Assembly (NCBI GenBank): GCA_965223505.1
Contig: CBDCWP010000038.1
Location: 160,001-224,000, forward strand
Reading direction: 5' to 3'
Length of the DNA stretch: 64,000 bases
Origin: Planctomycetota bacterium
Lineage (GTDB): Bacteria > Planctomycetota > PLA2 > JAEUHO01
The notes below the pieces were generated by a model. That model was not told where the DNA came from. It did no database searches and saw nothing but the letters and a program-made list of their open reading frames with translations. A program made the position numbers and the translations under genes. Within the stretch, counting starts at the first letter, position 1. Every line of letters begins with the position of its first letter. This document shows, one piece after another, positions 9,161 to 19,414 of the stretch.

Positions 9161-9244
9161 CCCAATGTCTGATCGGCGCGCGGTTCCATCGGGCTGAAGC
9201 GGGTTCGTACCCCGTTTCGGTCCGCGAGATCACGAATTCGCGGG

Positions 9245-9976
9245 TCAGTCGGCGAAGACCGTCTCGAGCAGGTCCGTGATCCGCGCCGCGGGGTCGTTGC
9301 GGATCCTACGCTCTTCGTCCGCCAGCATCACGAAGAGCCCTTCGAGGCCCTGCTCGACCACGTACGTGTCGATGTCGAGCTGGATCGGCGGCACCAACGG
9401 GACCACGTTGTAGCGGCGCACCAGATCGCCGTAGATGCGGGCCAGCCCGACCTCCCGAAGCTTCGCCGAAACGATCGGCCGGAACCGCTCGAACAACGGC
9501 TTCCACGCGGTGCGGCGGAAGAACTGCGTCGCCGCGTCATCACCGCCGTCCAGGATCGAACGGGCGTCCGCGATCGTCATCTGCCGGATCGACTCGAAGA
9601 AGACGGCGACCGCCTCGGCGGAGGCCTTCTCCGCCGCACGGTTCATGGCGATCTTGAGCTCGTCCACCTTGCTGCCCAGGCCGACGCCCCGCAACACGCG
9701 CCCAGCGTCCTCGAACTCGTCCGGCAGCGGAATGTGAATGCGCGGATTTCGCAGATAGCCGTCGACCTGCGACGTCACGCGCACGGCGTTGCGCGTGCCG
9801 ACCTGCAGCGCCTCCTTGAGGCCCGCCACGATCGTCTCGTCGTCGAGCGTGCCTGTGCCGGCCGCGCCCCCCACCCGGCCGAGCACGTCCTGCACCGAGG
9901 CAGCGTCGACGTTCGAGCACCCGCCGAACGGGAGCAACGCCAAACCGGCCAGCAGCGCAATGCGTGACGTTCTCAT
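9245..9976 (-). CDS. DUF4197 family lipoprotein
   Basis: GLKEALQVG, MNRAAEKA, MTIADARSILDGGDDAATQFF, EERRIRNDPAARITDLL. Confidence 0.88.
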   Translation of the reverse strand: MRTSRIALLAGLALLPFGGCSNVDAASVQDVLGRVGGAAGTGTLDDETIVAGLKEALQVGTRNAVRVTSQVDGYLRNPRIHIPLPDEFEDAGRVLRGVGLGSKVDELKIAMNRAAEKASAEAVAVFFESIRQMTIADARSILDGGDDAATQFFRRTAWKPLFERFRPIVSAKLREVGLARIYGDLVRRYNVVPLVPPIQLDIDTYVVEQGLEGLFVMLADEERRIRNDPAARITDLLETVFAD

Positions 9977-10067
9977 GGAATCTCCATCGAGGGCCGCACA
10001 TCCTCGCACGTCGCCCTCGTCCGCCTACGCGATTCGTGGCCACCCCTCGGTACGATCAGGCTGATAC

Positions 10068-11534
10068 ATGCACGACGAACTCGACCGTCTCTTCCGCGCT
10101 CGCTTCGGGACACCGCCCGCGTCGACACGACCGCTTGCCGGTGACGCATCGCGACGTCGCATGATCCTTATGTCCGGTCCCGACGGTGTCACCGCCGTCG
10201 GCGTGATCGGTCCCGACGCGGCGGAGAACCGGGCCTTTCTCTCGTTCTCCCGCTCGTTCAAGAGCATCGATCTTCCGGTGCCCCAGATCTACGGCGAAGG
10301 CGACGGCGCGTACCTGCTCGAAGACCTCGGCGACACCACGCTCTTCGCGGCGCTGCAGCGCGAGCGCGCGGGCGCCGCGGCGTTCCCGGACTCGATGATC
10401 CCGGTCTACCGGCGCGTGCTCGAGACGCTGCCGCGGTTCCAGGTCGAGGGCGGGCGCGTCGTCGACTACCGCGTGGGGTATCCGCGTGCTGCGTTCGACC
10501 GGCAGTCGATGCACTGGGATTTGAACTACTTCAAGTACCACTTCTTGAAGCTCGCCCACATCCCCTTCGACGAAGAGCGGCTCGAGCGCGACTTCGAACA
10601 GTTGATCGCGTTCCTTCAGGGCGCGGACACGTCGCACTTCCTCTACCGCGACTTCCAGTCCCGCAACGTGATGTTGCGCGACGGCGCCCCGTGGTTCATC
10701 GACTACCAGGGCGGACGGCGCGGCGCGCTGCAGTACGACGTCGCGTCGCTGCTGTACGACGGCAAGGCTGCGATTCCAAAGTCCGTCCGGGCATCCTTGC
10801 TGAAGCATTATCTCGACGCCGTGCAGGACCACCTTCCGGTCGACCGCGAGGCCTTTCGGCGTCACTACATCGGCTACGTGCTCATTCGCTTGATGCAGGC
10901 GATGGGCGCGTACGGCTACCGCGGCTTTTACGAGCGCAAAGCGCACTTCCTCCAGAGCGTGCCGCATGCGGTGCGCAACCTCGAGCACCTCCTGACGGAA
11001 CGACGCATCCCGATCGAGCTGCCCGAGCTCACGGCGGTGTTCGAGCGGATCTGCGCTTCGGAAAGGCTGCGTCGTGACGTCGGGCCGAAGGCCGAGGGCC
11101 TGACGGTGCGCATCTCCAGCTTCAGCTACAAGAACGGCTACCCGGTGGACGATTCCGGGCACGGTGGCGGGTACGTCTTCGACTGCCGCGCCGTCGAGAA
11201 CCCGGGCCGGCAGGAGAAGTACAAGGGCCTCACGGGACGCGACGACGCGGTGATCGCGTTCCTGGAAGCGGAGCCGTCCTGCGAGGCGTTCTTTGCCCAT
11301 GCGCTCGGACTCGTGAAAGCGCAGGTCGAATCGTACCGCGCGCGCGCGTTCGACTCGCTCAGCGTGAACTTCGGCTGCACGGGCGGCCAGCATCGGTCGG
11401 TCTACTTCGCCGAGCGGCTCGCGGGCGCGTTGGAAGCGACATTCGACGACGTGAACGTGACCGTGACGCATGCCCAGGCGGGTTCCTGGCCGCGAGCCGC
11501 GTCCGTCTCCGCCGGCGGAGACGACCGCGCGTGA
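10068..11534 (+). CDS. AmgK/APH-like phosphotransferase fused to a RapZ C-terminal domain
   Basis: GDASRR, YRDFQSRNVM, IDYQG, YDVASLL kinase motifs; C-terminal SFSYKNG..FDCR..NP..FGCTGGQHRSV. Confidence 0.85.
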   Translation: MHDELDRLFRARFGTPPASTRPLAGDASRRRMILMSGPDGVTAVGVIGPDAAENRAFLSFSRSFKSIDLPVPQIYGEGDGAYLLEDLGDTTLFAALQRERAGAAAFPDSMIPVYRRVLETLPRFQVEGGRVVDYRVGYPRAAFDRQSMHWDLNYFKYHFLKLAHIPFDEERLERDFEQLIAFLQGADTSHFLYRDFQSRNVMLRDGAPWFIDYQGGRRGALQYDVASLLYDGKAAIPKSVRASLLKHYLDAVQDHLPVDREAFRRHYIGYVLIRLMQAMGAYGYRGFYERKAHFLQSVPHAVRNLEHLLTERRIPIELPELTAVFERICASERLRRDVGPKAEGLTVRISSFSYKNGYPVDDSGHGGGYVFDCRAVENPGRQEKYKGLTGRDDAVIAFLEAEPSCEAFFAHALGLVKAQVESYRARAFDSLSVNFGCTGGQHRSVYFAERLAGALEATFDDVNVTVTHAQAGSWPRAASVSAGGDDRA

Positions 11535-12262
11535 GCATCGACGCGATGATCTTCGCAGCCGGCCGGGGAACCCGGTTGCGACCGCTCACGGACACCAAGC
11601 CGAAGGCGCTCGTCGAGGTCGGCGGCGTCCCGATGCTCGAACGAACGGCGCTGCGGCTCGTCGCCGCGGGCGCGGACCGGCTCGTCGTCAACGTGTGCCC
11701 GTTCGCGGACGACATCGAGGCGTTCGTGCGTTCGCGCGACGACTTCGGTGTCGAGGTCCGTTTTTCGCGCGAGGCCGAACCGCTCGAAACCGGCGGCGGG
11801 CTGCTCGCCGCACGCGGCCTCTTTCGCGGCGACCGGCCGATCGTGCTCCACAACGCCGACGTGTTCAGCGATCAGCCCCTCGAGGAGATGGTCGCGGCGC
11901 ATGCGACAAGCGGCGCGATCGCGACGCTCGCCGTGATGCGGCGAACGTCCAGCCGCGGGCTGCTCTTCGACGACGGGGGTCTGCTCGGCCGAATCGATCA
12001 CACCCGCGACGTGCGCCTGGAAGCGCGCGCGCCGGTGGGAACGCCGTGGGAGATCCCGTTCTCGGGCGTTCACGTCATCGCCCCGCGCCTGCTGGCACGT
12101 ATCGAAGAGACCGGCGCGTTTCCCATTCTGCGCTGCTACCTGCGTCTGGTCGCGGGAGGCGAGCGCATCGACGCATTCCGCACGGACGGCTGCACCTGGG
12201 TCGACATCGGGCGGCCGGATCAGCTCGAACACGCCAACGCGCTGGCCGCAGAGTCCGCATGA
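11531..12262 (+). CDS. murU: MurU-like nucleotidyltransferase
   Basis: AMIFAAGRGTRLRPLTDTKPKAL, LETGGG, WVDIG; GTGA-coupled to the kinase gene. Confidence 0.75.
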   Translation: MSIDAMIFAAGRGTRLRPLTDTKPKALVEVGGVPMLERTALRLVAAGADRLVVNVCPFADDIEAFVRSRDDFGVEVRFSREAEPLETGGGLLAARGLFRGDRPIVLHNADVFSDQPLEEMVAAHATSGAIATLAVMRRTSSRGLLFDDGGLLGRIDHTRDVRLEARAPVGTPWEIPFSGVHVIAPRLLARIEETGAFPILRCYLRLVAGGERIDAFRTDGCTWVDIGRPDQLEHANALAAESA

Positions 12263-12759
12263 GAACGCCGAAGACCTGGAAGCAGCTTCTGATCCTTGCG
12301 GCGATCCTGATCGCCGTGTGGGCGTGGGACCGCTGGATCGAGCCGGGGGCGCTGAGCGGCGGAAGCTCGAGCGAAACCGGCGCGTCGCCGCCCACGGGCG
12401 GCACGCCGGGCACCGGAACGGCGACGGCGGACCCGATCCGCGTGGCATTCGAAAGAGGGCGTGGCAAGAGATGGGTCGAACACCACGGCGTGGTGACCAA
12501 GATCCTGCGGGATGACGACGACCCCGACGGTGGACGCCATCAGAAGTTCCTGATTCGCTCACCGAGCGGGGTCAGTGTGCTCGTCGCCCACAACATCGAC
12601 ATCGCCGACCGCGTGCCCCTCTCCAAGGGCGATGCGGTGTCGTTTCGAGGGGAGTACGTCTGGACCGAGAAGGGCGGCACGCTCCACTGGACGCACCGCC
12701 CCAAATACGGCAATCGCCAAGGTGGCTGGATCGAGCACGCCGGCAAGCGCTATCGCTGA
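12259..12759 (+). CDS. DUF3465 domain protein
   Basis: RHQKFLI, VAHNIDIA, FRGEYVW, LHWTH, GGWI motifs; N-terminal TM; ATGA overlap. Confidence 0.85.
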   Translation: MRTPKTWKQLLILAAILIAVWAWDRWIEPGALSGGSSSETGASPPTGGTPGTGTATADPIRVAFERGRGKRWVEHHGVVTKILRDDDDPDGGRHQKFLIRSPSGVSVLVAHNIDIADRVPLSKGDAVSFRGEYVWTEKGGTLHWTHRPKYGNRQGGWIEHAGKRYR

Positions 12760-12770
12760 TCCGCTCGCAG

Positions 12771-13613
12771 CTACGCGACCTGGTGCATGTGAACGTCCCG
12801 CTGCGGGTACGGAATGTTGATCCCGTTCTCGTCGCAGGCCAGCTTCATCGCTTCGGTCACCTCGCTGTAGACCTTCCAGTAGTCGCCGTTCTTGCACCAG
12901 GGACGCACGTTGAAGTTGACGCTGCTGTCGGCGAGCGCAATCAGGTTGACGGACGGCTTGGGGTTGTCGAGCACGAGCGGGTGCTTTTCGAGGATGTCCA
13001 GGAAGAGCGCCTGGGCCTTCTTGAGATCGTCGTCGTAGCCGATGCCCATGACGAGGTCCACGCGCCGCGTGCTGTTCGCCGAGTAGTTCACGATGACGCC
13101 GCCGAGCATCTTCGCGTTGGGCACGATGACCCGCTTGTTGTCCTTCGTATCCAGGATCGTCGAGAAGATCTGGATCTCCACGATGTCGCCGGATGTGCCC
13201 GCCGCCTCGACGAAGTCGCCCACGCGGAAGGGCCGCAGCATGATGATCATCACGCCCGCCGCGAAGTTGGACAGCGACCCCTGCAGCGCGAAGCCGATCG
13301 CGAGGCCCGCCGCGCCGATGATCGCGACGAACGAGTTGGTCTTGACCCCGAGCGTGCCGAGCGCGGAAATGAACACGAACACGAGCAACATCGCGTAGAC
13401 GATGTTCGTGATGAAGCCGATGAGCATGTCGTCGACCTTGGCGCGGCGCAGCACACGACGCGTGATCGCACGAACGATCTTCGCGCCGATCCAGCCCGCC
13501 AACAACGTGACGAGCGCGCCGACGATGCTGGGGCCGTACGCCTGCAGCGCGTCCCACAGCTCGGCGAGGAAGGACTGCAGCAGCTCGTTGAACTCGGCAG
13601 CGATGATGACCAT
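12771..13613 (-). CDS. mscS: Small-conductance mechanosensitive channel
   Basis: GAAGLAIGFALQGSLSNFAAG, RPFRVGD, IPYPQRDVH. Confidence 0.95.
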   Translation of the reverse strand: MVIIAAEFNELLQSFLAELWDALQAYGPSIVGALVTLLAGWIGAKIVRAITRRVLRRAKVDDMLIGFITNIVYAMLLVFVFISALGTLGVKTNSFVAIIGAAGLAIGFALQGSLSNFAAGVMIIMLRPFRVGDFVEAAGTSGDIVEIQIFSTILDTKDNKRVIVPNAKMLGGVIVNYSANSTRRVDLVMGIGYDDDLKKAQALFLDILEKHPLVLDNPKPSVNLIALADSSVNFNVRPWCKNGDYWKVYSEVTEAMKLACDENGINIPYPQRDVHMHQVA

Positions 13614-13702
13614 GTCCCATTTCTCCTTCGGTGTTTGAAATTCGGCGAGAGTCTAGCGATGGACGTCGTGCATGCGTCGGGTTGCGCGACCGTTGAATTG
13701 CA

Positions 13703-13732
13703 CGAGGGCGGGCGCCACGACGCCCGCCCTCG
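13703..13732 (-). terminator. 12-bp GC-rich hairpin downstream of mscL
   Basis: CGAGGGCGGGCG-N6-CGCCCGCCCTCG; weak U-tract. Confidence 0.4.
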
Positions 13733-13758
13733 CGGTCTGTTGAATGGTGACGAGTGTG

Positions 13759-14166
13759 CTAGCTCCGTGCCTTGAGCAAGTCCCGGATCTCTTCGAGCAG
13801 GACCTCCTGCTTCGGCGGCTCCTTGGGCTTCTCTTCTTCCTTCTTCTTGAACTTGTTCATGGCCTTGATGACCACGAAGATCGAGAAGGCGACGATCAGG
13901 AAGTTGATGATGGTGTTGATGAAGGCGCCGTAGCGAATCGCCACGCCTTCCTCGGTCACCTTGCCGGCTTCGTCCGTCACCGGGTCCTTCAACGATACGC
14001 TCAAGTCGGCGAAGTCGACCTCGCCCATGGCCATGCCGATGGGCGGCATGATGACGTCGGCGACGAGCGACTTGACGATCAAGCCGAACGCAGCGCCGAG
14101 AATGATGCCGACCGCCATGTCCATGACGTTGCCGCGCATCGCGAACTTCTTGAACTCCGCAAACAT
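13759..14166 (-). CDS. mscL: Large-conductance mechanosensitive channel
   Basis: [39 protein letters not shown]. Confidence 0.97.
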   Translation of the reverse strand: MFAEFKKFAMRGNVMDMAVGIILGAAFGLIVKSLVADVIMPPIGMAMGEVDFADLSVSLKDPVTDEAGKVTEEGVAIRYGAFINTIINFLIVAFSIFVVIKAMNKFKKKEEEKPKEPPKQEVLLEEIRDLLKARS

Positions 14167-14346
14167 CCAGTTTCCTCCATCCGGGCAATCAGGCGTCCCT
14201 GCGACGCCTCGAGGGGGTTGCGCACAGCCTGACGACGGTCCTCGATCGACGCCAAAGACGAATCTCGGCGCAGCGCCGTTCTCTTCACGACTTCTTCAAA
14301 ACAGAGGGCGTGTTCGTCGAATTCGGGGCGCGAACGACGAAGCGGG

Positions 14347-15156
14347 CTAGCGCTTGAGCGTCGTCGACTCGGTCTCGAGCGCGATCTCCTGACCGCCGGC
14401 CGTGAGAACGGTCGCACGAGTCTGGATCAGATTGCGCTCGGGCACGCCGATCACGCGGCACACGAGTTCGAACTGCTGCACCTGATTGGGCGCCAGGGCG
14501 AAGGTCGAGGACTTCGCGGACTGGCCGGCGCCCGTCACCGAACCGCCCCGGTTGCCCGCGCCGCTCACGAACTCGAGCTCGGCCGGCAGCGTCCAGGTGA
14601 CACTCAGGTCCGGGGTCAGCGACGTGCCTGCGTCGTTCTCGACCTTCAAGGTGTAGATGAACTCCTCGCCGACCTTGAAGATGCCCTTGGCGTTGCGCGC
14701 CAGGTCCACGTCGATCATCTCGAGCTGAATCGCCGGAAGGCCCTCGATCGTGGTCGAGCAGATGCAACCGGCCGCGGCGATGCGCGTCGAGTCGGTCGCG
14801 TGCGCGCTCACACGGCAAAGACCGAGGTCGTTGGCCATGAACTTCGCGCAGTGCGTCTTCTTCTCGCCGACCGCGAGCTTGGGAATGCGGATGGCCAGCA
14901 CCTCGCCCTCGATCAAGCGCGCGCCCGGGCACCCGCGGATCGCCAGGTGCACGTCCTCGAGCGCGAGCGTTCCGACGTTCTCCACGGTCGCACACACCTC
15001 GAACGGATCGCCGATGAGCACGCTCTTGCCGGGCTCGATCGTGCAGCTGACGACGATGTCACGGCAAACGCACTCCTCATCCTCCGCGTGCACGGGGGCC
15101 AACACGCCCAGCGTCAAGACCAGCACCGGGACGAACGCCACGAAGATGCGCTGCAT
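14347..15156 (-). CDS. Secreted cysteine-rich DUF11/OmcB-like protein
   Basis: Signal peptide, 9 Cys, two Ig-like repeats (VENVG..LEDV; VGEEFIYTLKVEN..LPAELEFVS), C-terminal ETESTT. Confidence 0.7.
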   Translation of the reverse strand: MQRIFVAFVPVLVLTLGVLAPVHAEDEECVCRDIVVSCTIEPGKSVLIGDPFEVCATVENVGTLALEDVHLAIRGCPGARLIEGEVLAIRIPKLAVGEKKTHCAKFMANDLGLCRVSAHATDSTRIAAAGCICSTTIEGLPAIQLEMIDVDLARNAKGIFKVGEEFIYTLKVENDAGTSLTPDLSVTWTLPAELEFVSGAGNRGGSVTGAGQSAKSSTFALAPNQVQQFELVCRVIGVPERNLIQTRATVLTAGGQEIALETESTTLKR

Positions 15157-15242
15157 CGCTTCTCTCCCACGCGCTCCCTCGAGCGCTGCCGGGATGCTAC
15201 CGGAACCGCTGAGCGTCCACGACTCCTGCCGGCATGCGCCGC

Positions 15243-15881
15243 CTACGGGCCGAACCGGGGCAGCGGATCGGGCCCCGCCGGCAGCAGTCCACGCTTCACG
15301 AGCCCGTCCACGAGCGCCTCCATGTTGGCGTTGACGAAGTCCGTGAGCCGCGTGTGATCGGGCGGCCGGCGGCGATAGCTCAAATACTCCTCGTAGGCGC
15401 GCTTCCCGTCCCAGCCCTGGAAGAGCATTCGGTAGCAGGCGATGACGCCGCCCGTTCGTTCGGAGCCGGCCGCGCAGTGCACGAGCACGCGCTTGCCGGC
15501 TCGCTTCGCGGCCAGGATCTCCGCGAGTGCGCCTTCGTAGTCCGCGATGTCTCCGCGCCCGCTGCCGTCGAGGCTCACGAAGTCGATCTTCGGGATGTCG
15601 AGCTTCTTCGCGGCGGCCACCTCCGCCTCGTGGTCTTCCCGGCCGGGCGTGTCGATCGCCAGGTCGATGATCACGTCGATCTCGTTCTCCCGCAGCACGT
15701 CTTCGATGATGCGCGGATGGATCTGCCCGCTGCGGTAGATGACGCCCTCTTCCACGACGCCCCAGTTCTTGGGGAAGAACATGTACCGACCGCCGTCGAG
15801 CCACCAATAGGCAAAGAACCCGATCGCGCCCAACACGAGCGTGACGGTCAGCTTGAGCTTCCAGCGTCGGGGCGGCTTCAT
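15243..15881 (-). CDS. Membrane-anchored tyrosine/dual-specificity phosphatase family protein
   Basis: IYRSGQ and VHCAAGSERTG (CX5R); N-terminal TM; start placed 7 nt after TACCAT. Confidence 0.85.
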   Translation of the reverse strand: MKPPRRWKLKLTVTLVLGAIGFFAYWWLDGGRYMFFPKNWGVVEEGVIYRSGQIHPRIIEDVLRENEIDVIIDLAIDTPGREDHEAEVAAAKKLDIPKIDFVSLDGSGRGDIADYEGALAEILAAKRAGKRVLVHCAAGSERTGGVIACYRMLFQGWDGKRAYEEYLSYRRRPPDHTRLTDFVNANMEALVDGLVKRGLLPAGPDPLPRFGP

Positions 15882-15958
15882 CGGCGTCATGGTAGCCGCC
15901 GGCTGCGCCTTCCATCGCGAGTTGCTAGAGTGACGACCGAGCGAGACGGAGCCCGCCG

Positions 15959-16306
15959 ATGCAAGTCAACCATCTGCACCTACACGTCAAGGACCTCGAT
16001 GCGTCGCAGCGGTACTACGAGACGTACTTCGGCTTCCGCGAGCACACGTATCACGGTCCGATCCTGTTCCTGCGCAACGAGGACGACTTCGATCTCGCCC
16101 TCGCGCCCGACGAGACTCCGGAAGCGCTGCCGCCCTGGTTTCACTTCGGCTGCCGGCTCGCGAGCGCGGACGACGTCGTCGCGCTGCTCGAACGCATGAA
16201 AGCGGACGGCGCCGGCATCGCGAAGGACCTCTATCGGGACGAGACGCTCGCTTCGTTTCGCGCGGCCGACCCCGACGGCCATCAGATCGAGATCTACTGG
16301 GAGTAG
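15959..16306 (+). CDS. VOC/glyoxalase family protein
   Basis: NHLHLHVKDL..S..YY..FGF, HFG, DPDGHQIEI. Confidence 0.9.
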   Translation: MQVNHLHLHVKDLDASQRYYETYFGFREHTYHGPILFLRNEDDFDLALAPDETPEALPPWFHFGCRLASADDVVALLERMKADGAGIAKDLYRDETLASFRAADPDGHQIEIYWE

Positions 16307-16312
16307 GGCGCG

Positions 16313-17050
16313 CTACGTCGCGAAGCCGCCGTCGACGGTGTACTCGGCGCCCGTCACGTACGACGCCGCGGGCGACGCGAGATAGCGGACCGCCCCGGCG
16401 ACCTCCTCGGCCGTGCCGAACCGCGCGAGCGGGACCATGCTCGCGATGTGCTCCGCCATCGCCTGCGCCTCTTCCTCGGGAACGTCGAGGCCGTCGAACA
16501 GCGGCGTCTCGATCGGGCCGGGGCTGACGATGTTCACGCGGATGCCCTCGGGCGCGAGCTCCTTGGCAAGCGCCTTGGAGAACGTCGTCACCGCGCCCTT
16601 GCTCGCCGAGTAGACGGAGAAACCGGGAATCGGACGCGTGTCCACGACGGACGAAATGTTGATCACGTTGCCCTTCGACGCGCGCAGCAACGGAAGTGCC
16701 GCACGGGTCATGCCGATGAGGCCCTTCACGTTGATGCCGAACACGAAATCGTAGTGGTCTTCGTCCGCCTGGTCGATGGGACCGGGGGGCGCCACGCCCG
16801 CGTTGTTGACGAGCACGTCGAGCCGCCCATAGCGCTCCTTGACCTGGTCGACCGTGCGTTGGATGTCCGCGCCGTTCGAGACGTCGCCGGCGATGTAGTC
16901 GCCGCCGTCGATGGTCGCCGTGGCCTCCTTCAAGACGCCCTCACGTCGGCCGGTGATGACGACCTTGAATCCGTCCTCGGCCAGCGCCCTCGCGGACGCG
17001 AGCCCGATACCTGTGCCGCCGCCGGTGACGAGTGCAACACGTTCGGTCAT
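16313..17050 (-). CDS. SDR family oxidoreductase
   Basis: TGGGTGIG, NNAG, YSASK, VDGG. Confidence 0.95.
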   Translation of the reverse strand: MTERVALVTGGGTGIGLASARALAEDGFKVVITGRREGVLKEATATIDGGDYIAGDVSNGADIQRTVDQVKERYGRLDVLVNNAGVAPPGPIDQADEDHYDFVFGINVKGLIGMTRAALPLLRASKGNVINISSVVDTRPIPGFSVYSASKGAVTTFSKALAKELAPEGIRVNIVSPGPIETPLFDGLDVPEEEAQAMAEHIASMVPLARFGTAEEVAGAVRYLASPAASYVTGAEYTVDGGFAT

Positions 17051-17162
17051 GGGGATCTCCTGGGGGTGGAACCGAATGAGATACACCCGACGGCAAGGAG
17101 GCCGCCCGGGTTTCAGCCTGGTCTCACCGCAGTCGAGGTCGGGGCGGCGCGGAAGCCCCCTT

Positions 17163-17570
17163 CTAGAGGGACGCGAACTCGACCAGGATGCACGCGCCGC
17201 CGGCGATCACGTCGACGCCCGCACCGCGGGCCGCTGTCACGGCTTCATACGATTCGGCGCCGGGCTGCAGCCAGATGTGGCGAACCCCCGCGGCCAGCGC
17301 GCTCTTCACGACCTCTGTGGTGACGTCGGGCGGGGTCACGACGGAGATCCCGTGCGGCAGCTCCGGCAGCTCGCTGATCGACGCGAAGCACGGCACACCC
17401 TCGATCTCCGTCTGGTTCGGGTTGACGGCGTAGACCTTGCGCTCCTGTTTCACGAACGCGCGCAGGACGCTGTTGCCCCACTTGCTGCGGTCCGCCGACG
17501 CACCGACGACTGCGTGCGGCGAGCCGGCGAGGAATTCGTCGATGCTCTCTTGCAGGGTCTTCTGGGGCAT
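17163..17570 (-). CDS. CoA-binding protein (YccU-like)
   Basis: AVVGAS, VNP, WLQPGA, C-terminal ACILV. Confidence 0.9.
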   Translation of the reverse strand: MPQKTLQESIDEFLAGSPHAVVGASADRSKWGNSVLRAFVKQERKVYAVNPNQTEIEGVPCFASISELPELPHGISVVTPPDVTTEVVKSALAAGVRHIWLQPGAESYEAVTAARGAGVDVIAGGACILVEFASL

Positions 17571-17636
17571 GTGGCGTCGATCCGAGGGTGCGTTGCGGCC
17601 TGCTATCATCCCGGCCCCGGCCGCCGGTGACAAGGG

Positions 17637-18071
17637 GTGTACGTGCTCGAGAAGTTCAAGCGAATCCTGACGATCATGATGTTCGTCGAGCTCGGCCTGC
17701 TGGTCTTGCTCGGCGTCCTGACGGCTTGGTGGGTCCCGCTGGTCGAGGTCTTCGTGTCCTTCCTCTGCGCCGTGTTCGTGGGCCGTCGATACGGCTTCAG
17801 CGTGCGGCGCGATCCCGGCTCGCAGGTCTCGGTGTTCGACGCGACGGTGGGTACGCTCGCGGCCGTCCTGCTGGCACTGCCCGGACTCCTGACCGACCTG
17901 CTGGGGCTGATCCTCTGGTTCGGGCCGACGCGAAAGTCCATGGGCAAGCGGGCCGTTCGATGGGCCGAGCAGCGCTCGGGTCACGCGTTCGGCGCACATG
18001 GGTTCGCGACCAACGAAGGGCCGCCGATCGAGGCCGAGGTAGTCGACGTTCGGACCGTGTCCGAAGACTGA
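17637..18071 (+). CDS. FxsA-like membrane protein
   Basis: VELGLLV..., LLALPGLLTDLLGL..L, C-terminal IEAEVVD; exact start uncertain. Confidence 0.65.
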   Translation: MYVLEKFKRILTIMMFVELGLLVLLGVLTAWWVPLVEVFVSFLCAVFVGRRYGFSVRRDPGSQVSVFDATVGTLAAVLLALPGLLTDLLGLILWFGPTRKSMGKRAVRWAEQRSGHAFGAHGFATNEGPPIEAEVVDVRTVSED

Positions 18072-18184
18072 GATCGCGCCATTACGGAACGGTTACGAAG
18101 GGGCGTATGCGAACGCAGCTTCGCGAACGCGCGACGGGTCCCGGCACGTTGACCTGCTCCGGCGCACCCCCTACGCTCCCCTTC

Positions 18185-19414
18185 ATGGTGAGGGTCATAC
18201 TCGTTGTAGGCGCGCTATCGCTGTTCGGATGCGGCGCGGCGTGGGCCGATCCGCCCGCCGCTCCTCCGCCGCCCGCGTTGGACGACTCGCGCGTCGTACT
18301 GCCGCAGGAACCGACGTTGCCCGAGGCGACGCGCGACGCCGTCGCCGCGAGCCAGAAGCCCTTGCGGCGCGGCCGGCGCATCGGCCGCGATCACGCCTGG
18401 AGCGCGTACGTGCCCACCGTGCCGATCGCCGAGATCCGCTCGGCGTGGACCGTGGCCGCGACACCGCCCAATCCCTTCCTGCTCACGTCCGGCGAAGCGA
18501 TGACGCCGGCGCGCGGCGGACTCTCGCTCAACGTCACGTTCCTGAGCGACGAGCGGCAGCTGACCGACAATCAGAACCGGATCTGGGAGTCGGACGGCGA
18601 GGTCCGCATCTACTCCCTCGAGTACATCACGCCGGCGATGTACCTGCGGCTGTGCGGCCGCCGTTTGCCGTTCCACGTGAGCGGCTCCCTCCACGGCTAC
18701 GTGCTCGGCCATGCGACCTTCGATTGGCTGCGGAATTGGGTCGAAGAGAACCTGCTCTCCGCGTCGCAGTCCGTGCTCGACAGCCACGACACGGGAGGCA
18801 GAGACCTCTTCGTGCAGTCGCCCACGGATCGCGAGACCTTCCTCGGCTCCTCGCCGCTGTGGAAGGCCAAGATCGTCGGCAAGCTCGGACTGCCGCCGCT
18901 GGATCTCTGCGGCAGCTGCCTGGTGAGCGCGCTCAGCGTCGGCATCACGCCGCCGGCCTTCGGCGACAACGAAGACTCGGGGAATGACGACGTGGCATTC
19001 GACGCGACCCTCGCGTACCAGATGCACCTCGGAAAGGGCTTCCGCGTCACCGGCGCGTCGTCGGTCGCGTTGCCCGGCGACAGCAGGCGACTGAAGCGTC
19101 TCGGCGTCGCGACGGAAGACGTGATCTTCAGCAGCTTCCTGAACCTCGAGTACTGGTTCTCGAAGCGCTGGGCGTTCGCGATCGGCGCGTCGTTCAACTC
19201 GGCGTTCATCGGCGGCACGGCCCTGCCGATGGACCTCGACTCGTGGTACATCAACGCCGGGCTGCAGTTCCGGTGTTCAAGGAAATCGACGCTGTACCTG
19301 CTCTTCGCCGAGAATCCGGAGAGCACGATCACGACGACGCAGTTCGCGGACTTCGACGACTCCCAGAAGGAAGCGGACTTCACGCTGACGTTCGGCTGGA
19401 AGTTCGCGTTCTAG
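18185..19414 (+). CDS. Hypothetical secreted/outer-membrane protein (DUF3187-like)
   Basis: Signal peptide; C-terminal ADFTLTFGWKFAF with terminal Phe typical of beta-barrels. Confidence 0.6.
   Translation: MVRVILVVGALSLFGCGAAWADPPAAPPPPALDDSRVVLPQEPTLPEATRDAVAASQKPLRRGRRIGRDHAWSAYVPTVPIAEIRSAWTVAATPPNPFLLTSGEAMTPARGGLSLNVTFLSDERQLTDNQNRIWESDGEVRIYSLEYITPAMYLRLCGRRLPFHVSGSLHGYVLGHATFDWLRNWVEENLLSASQSVLDSHDTGGRDLFVQSPTDRETFLGSSPLWKAKIVGKLGLPPLDLCGSCLVSALSVGITPPAFGDNEDSGNDDVAFDATLAYQMHLGKGFRVTGASSVALPGDSRRLKRLGVATEDVIFSSFLNLEYWFSKRWAFAIGASFNSAFIGGTALPMDLDSWYINAGLQFRCSRKSTLYLLFAENPESTITTTQFADFDDSQKEADFTLTFGWKFAF

Noticed and set aside
12771..14166. Adjacent mscL and mscS as a novel system
   Set aside because: Both are ordinary osmoprotection genes with canonical sequences
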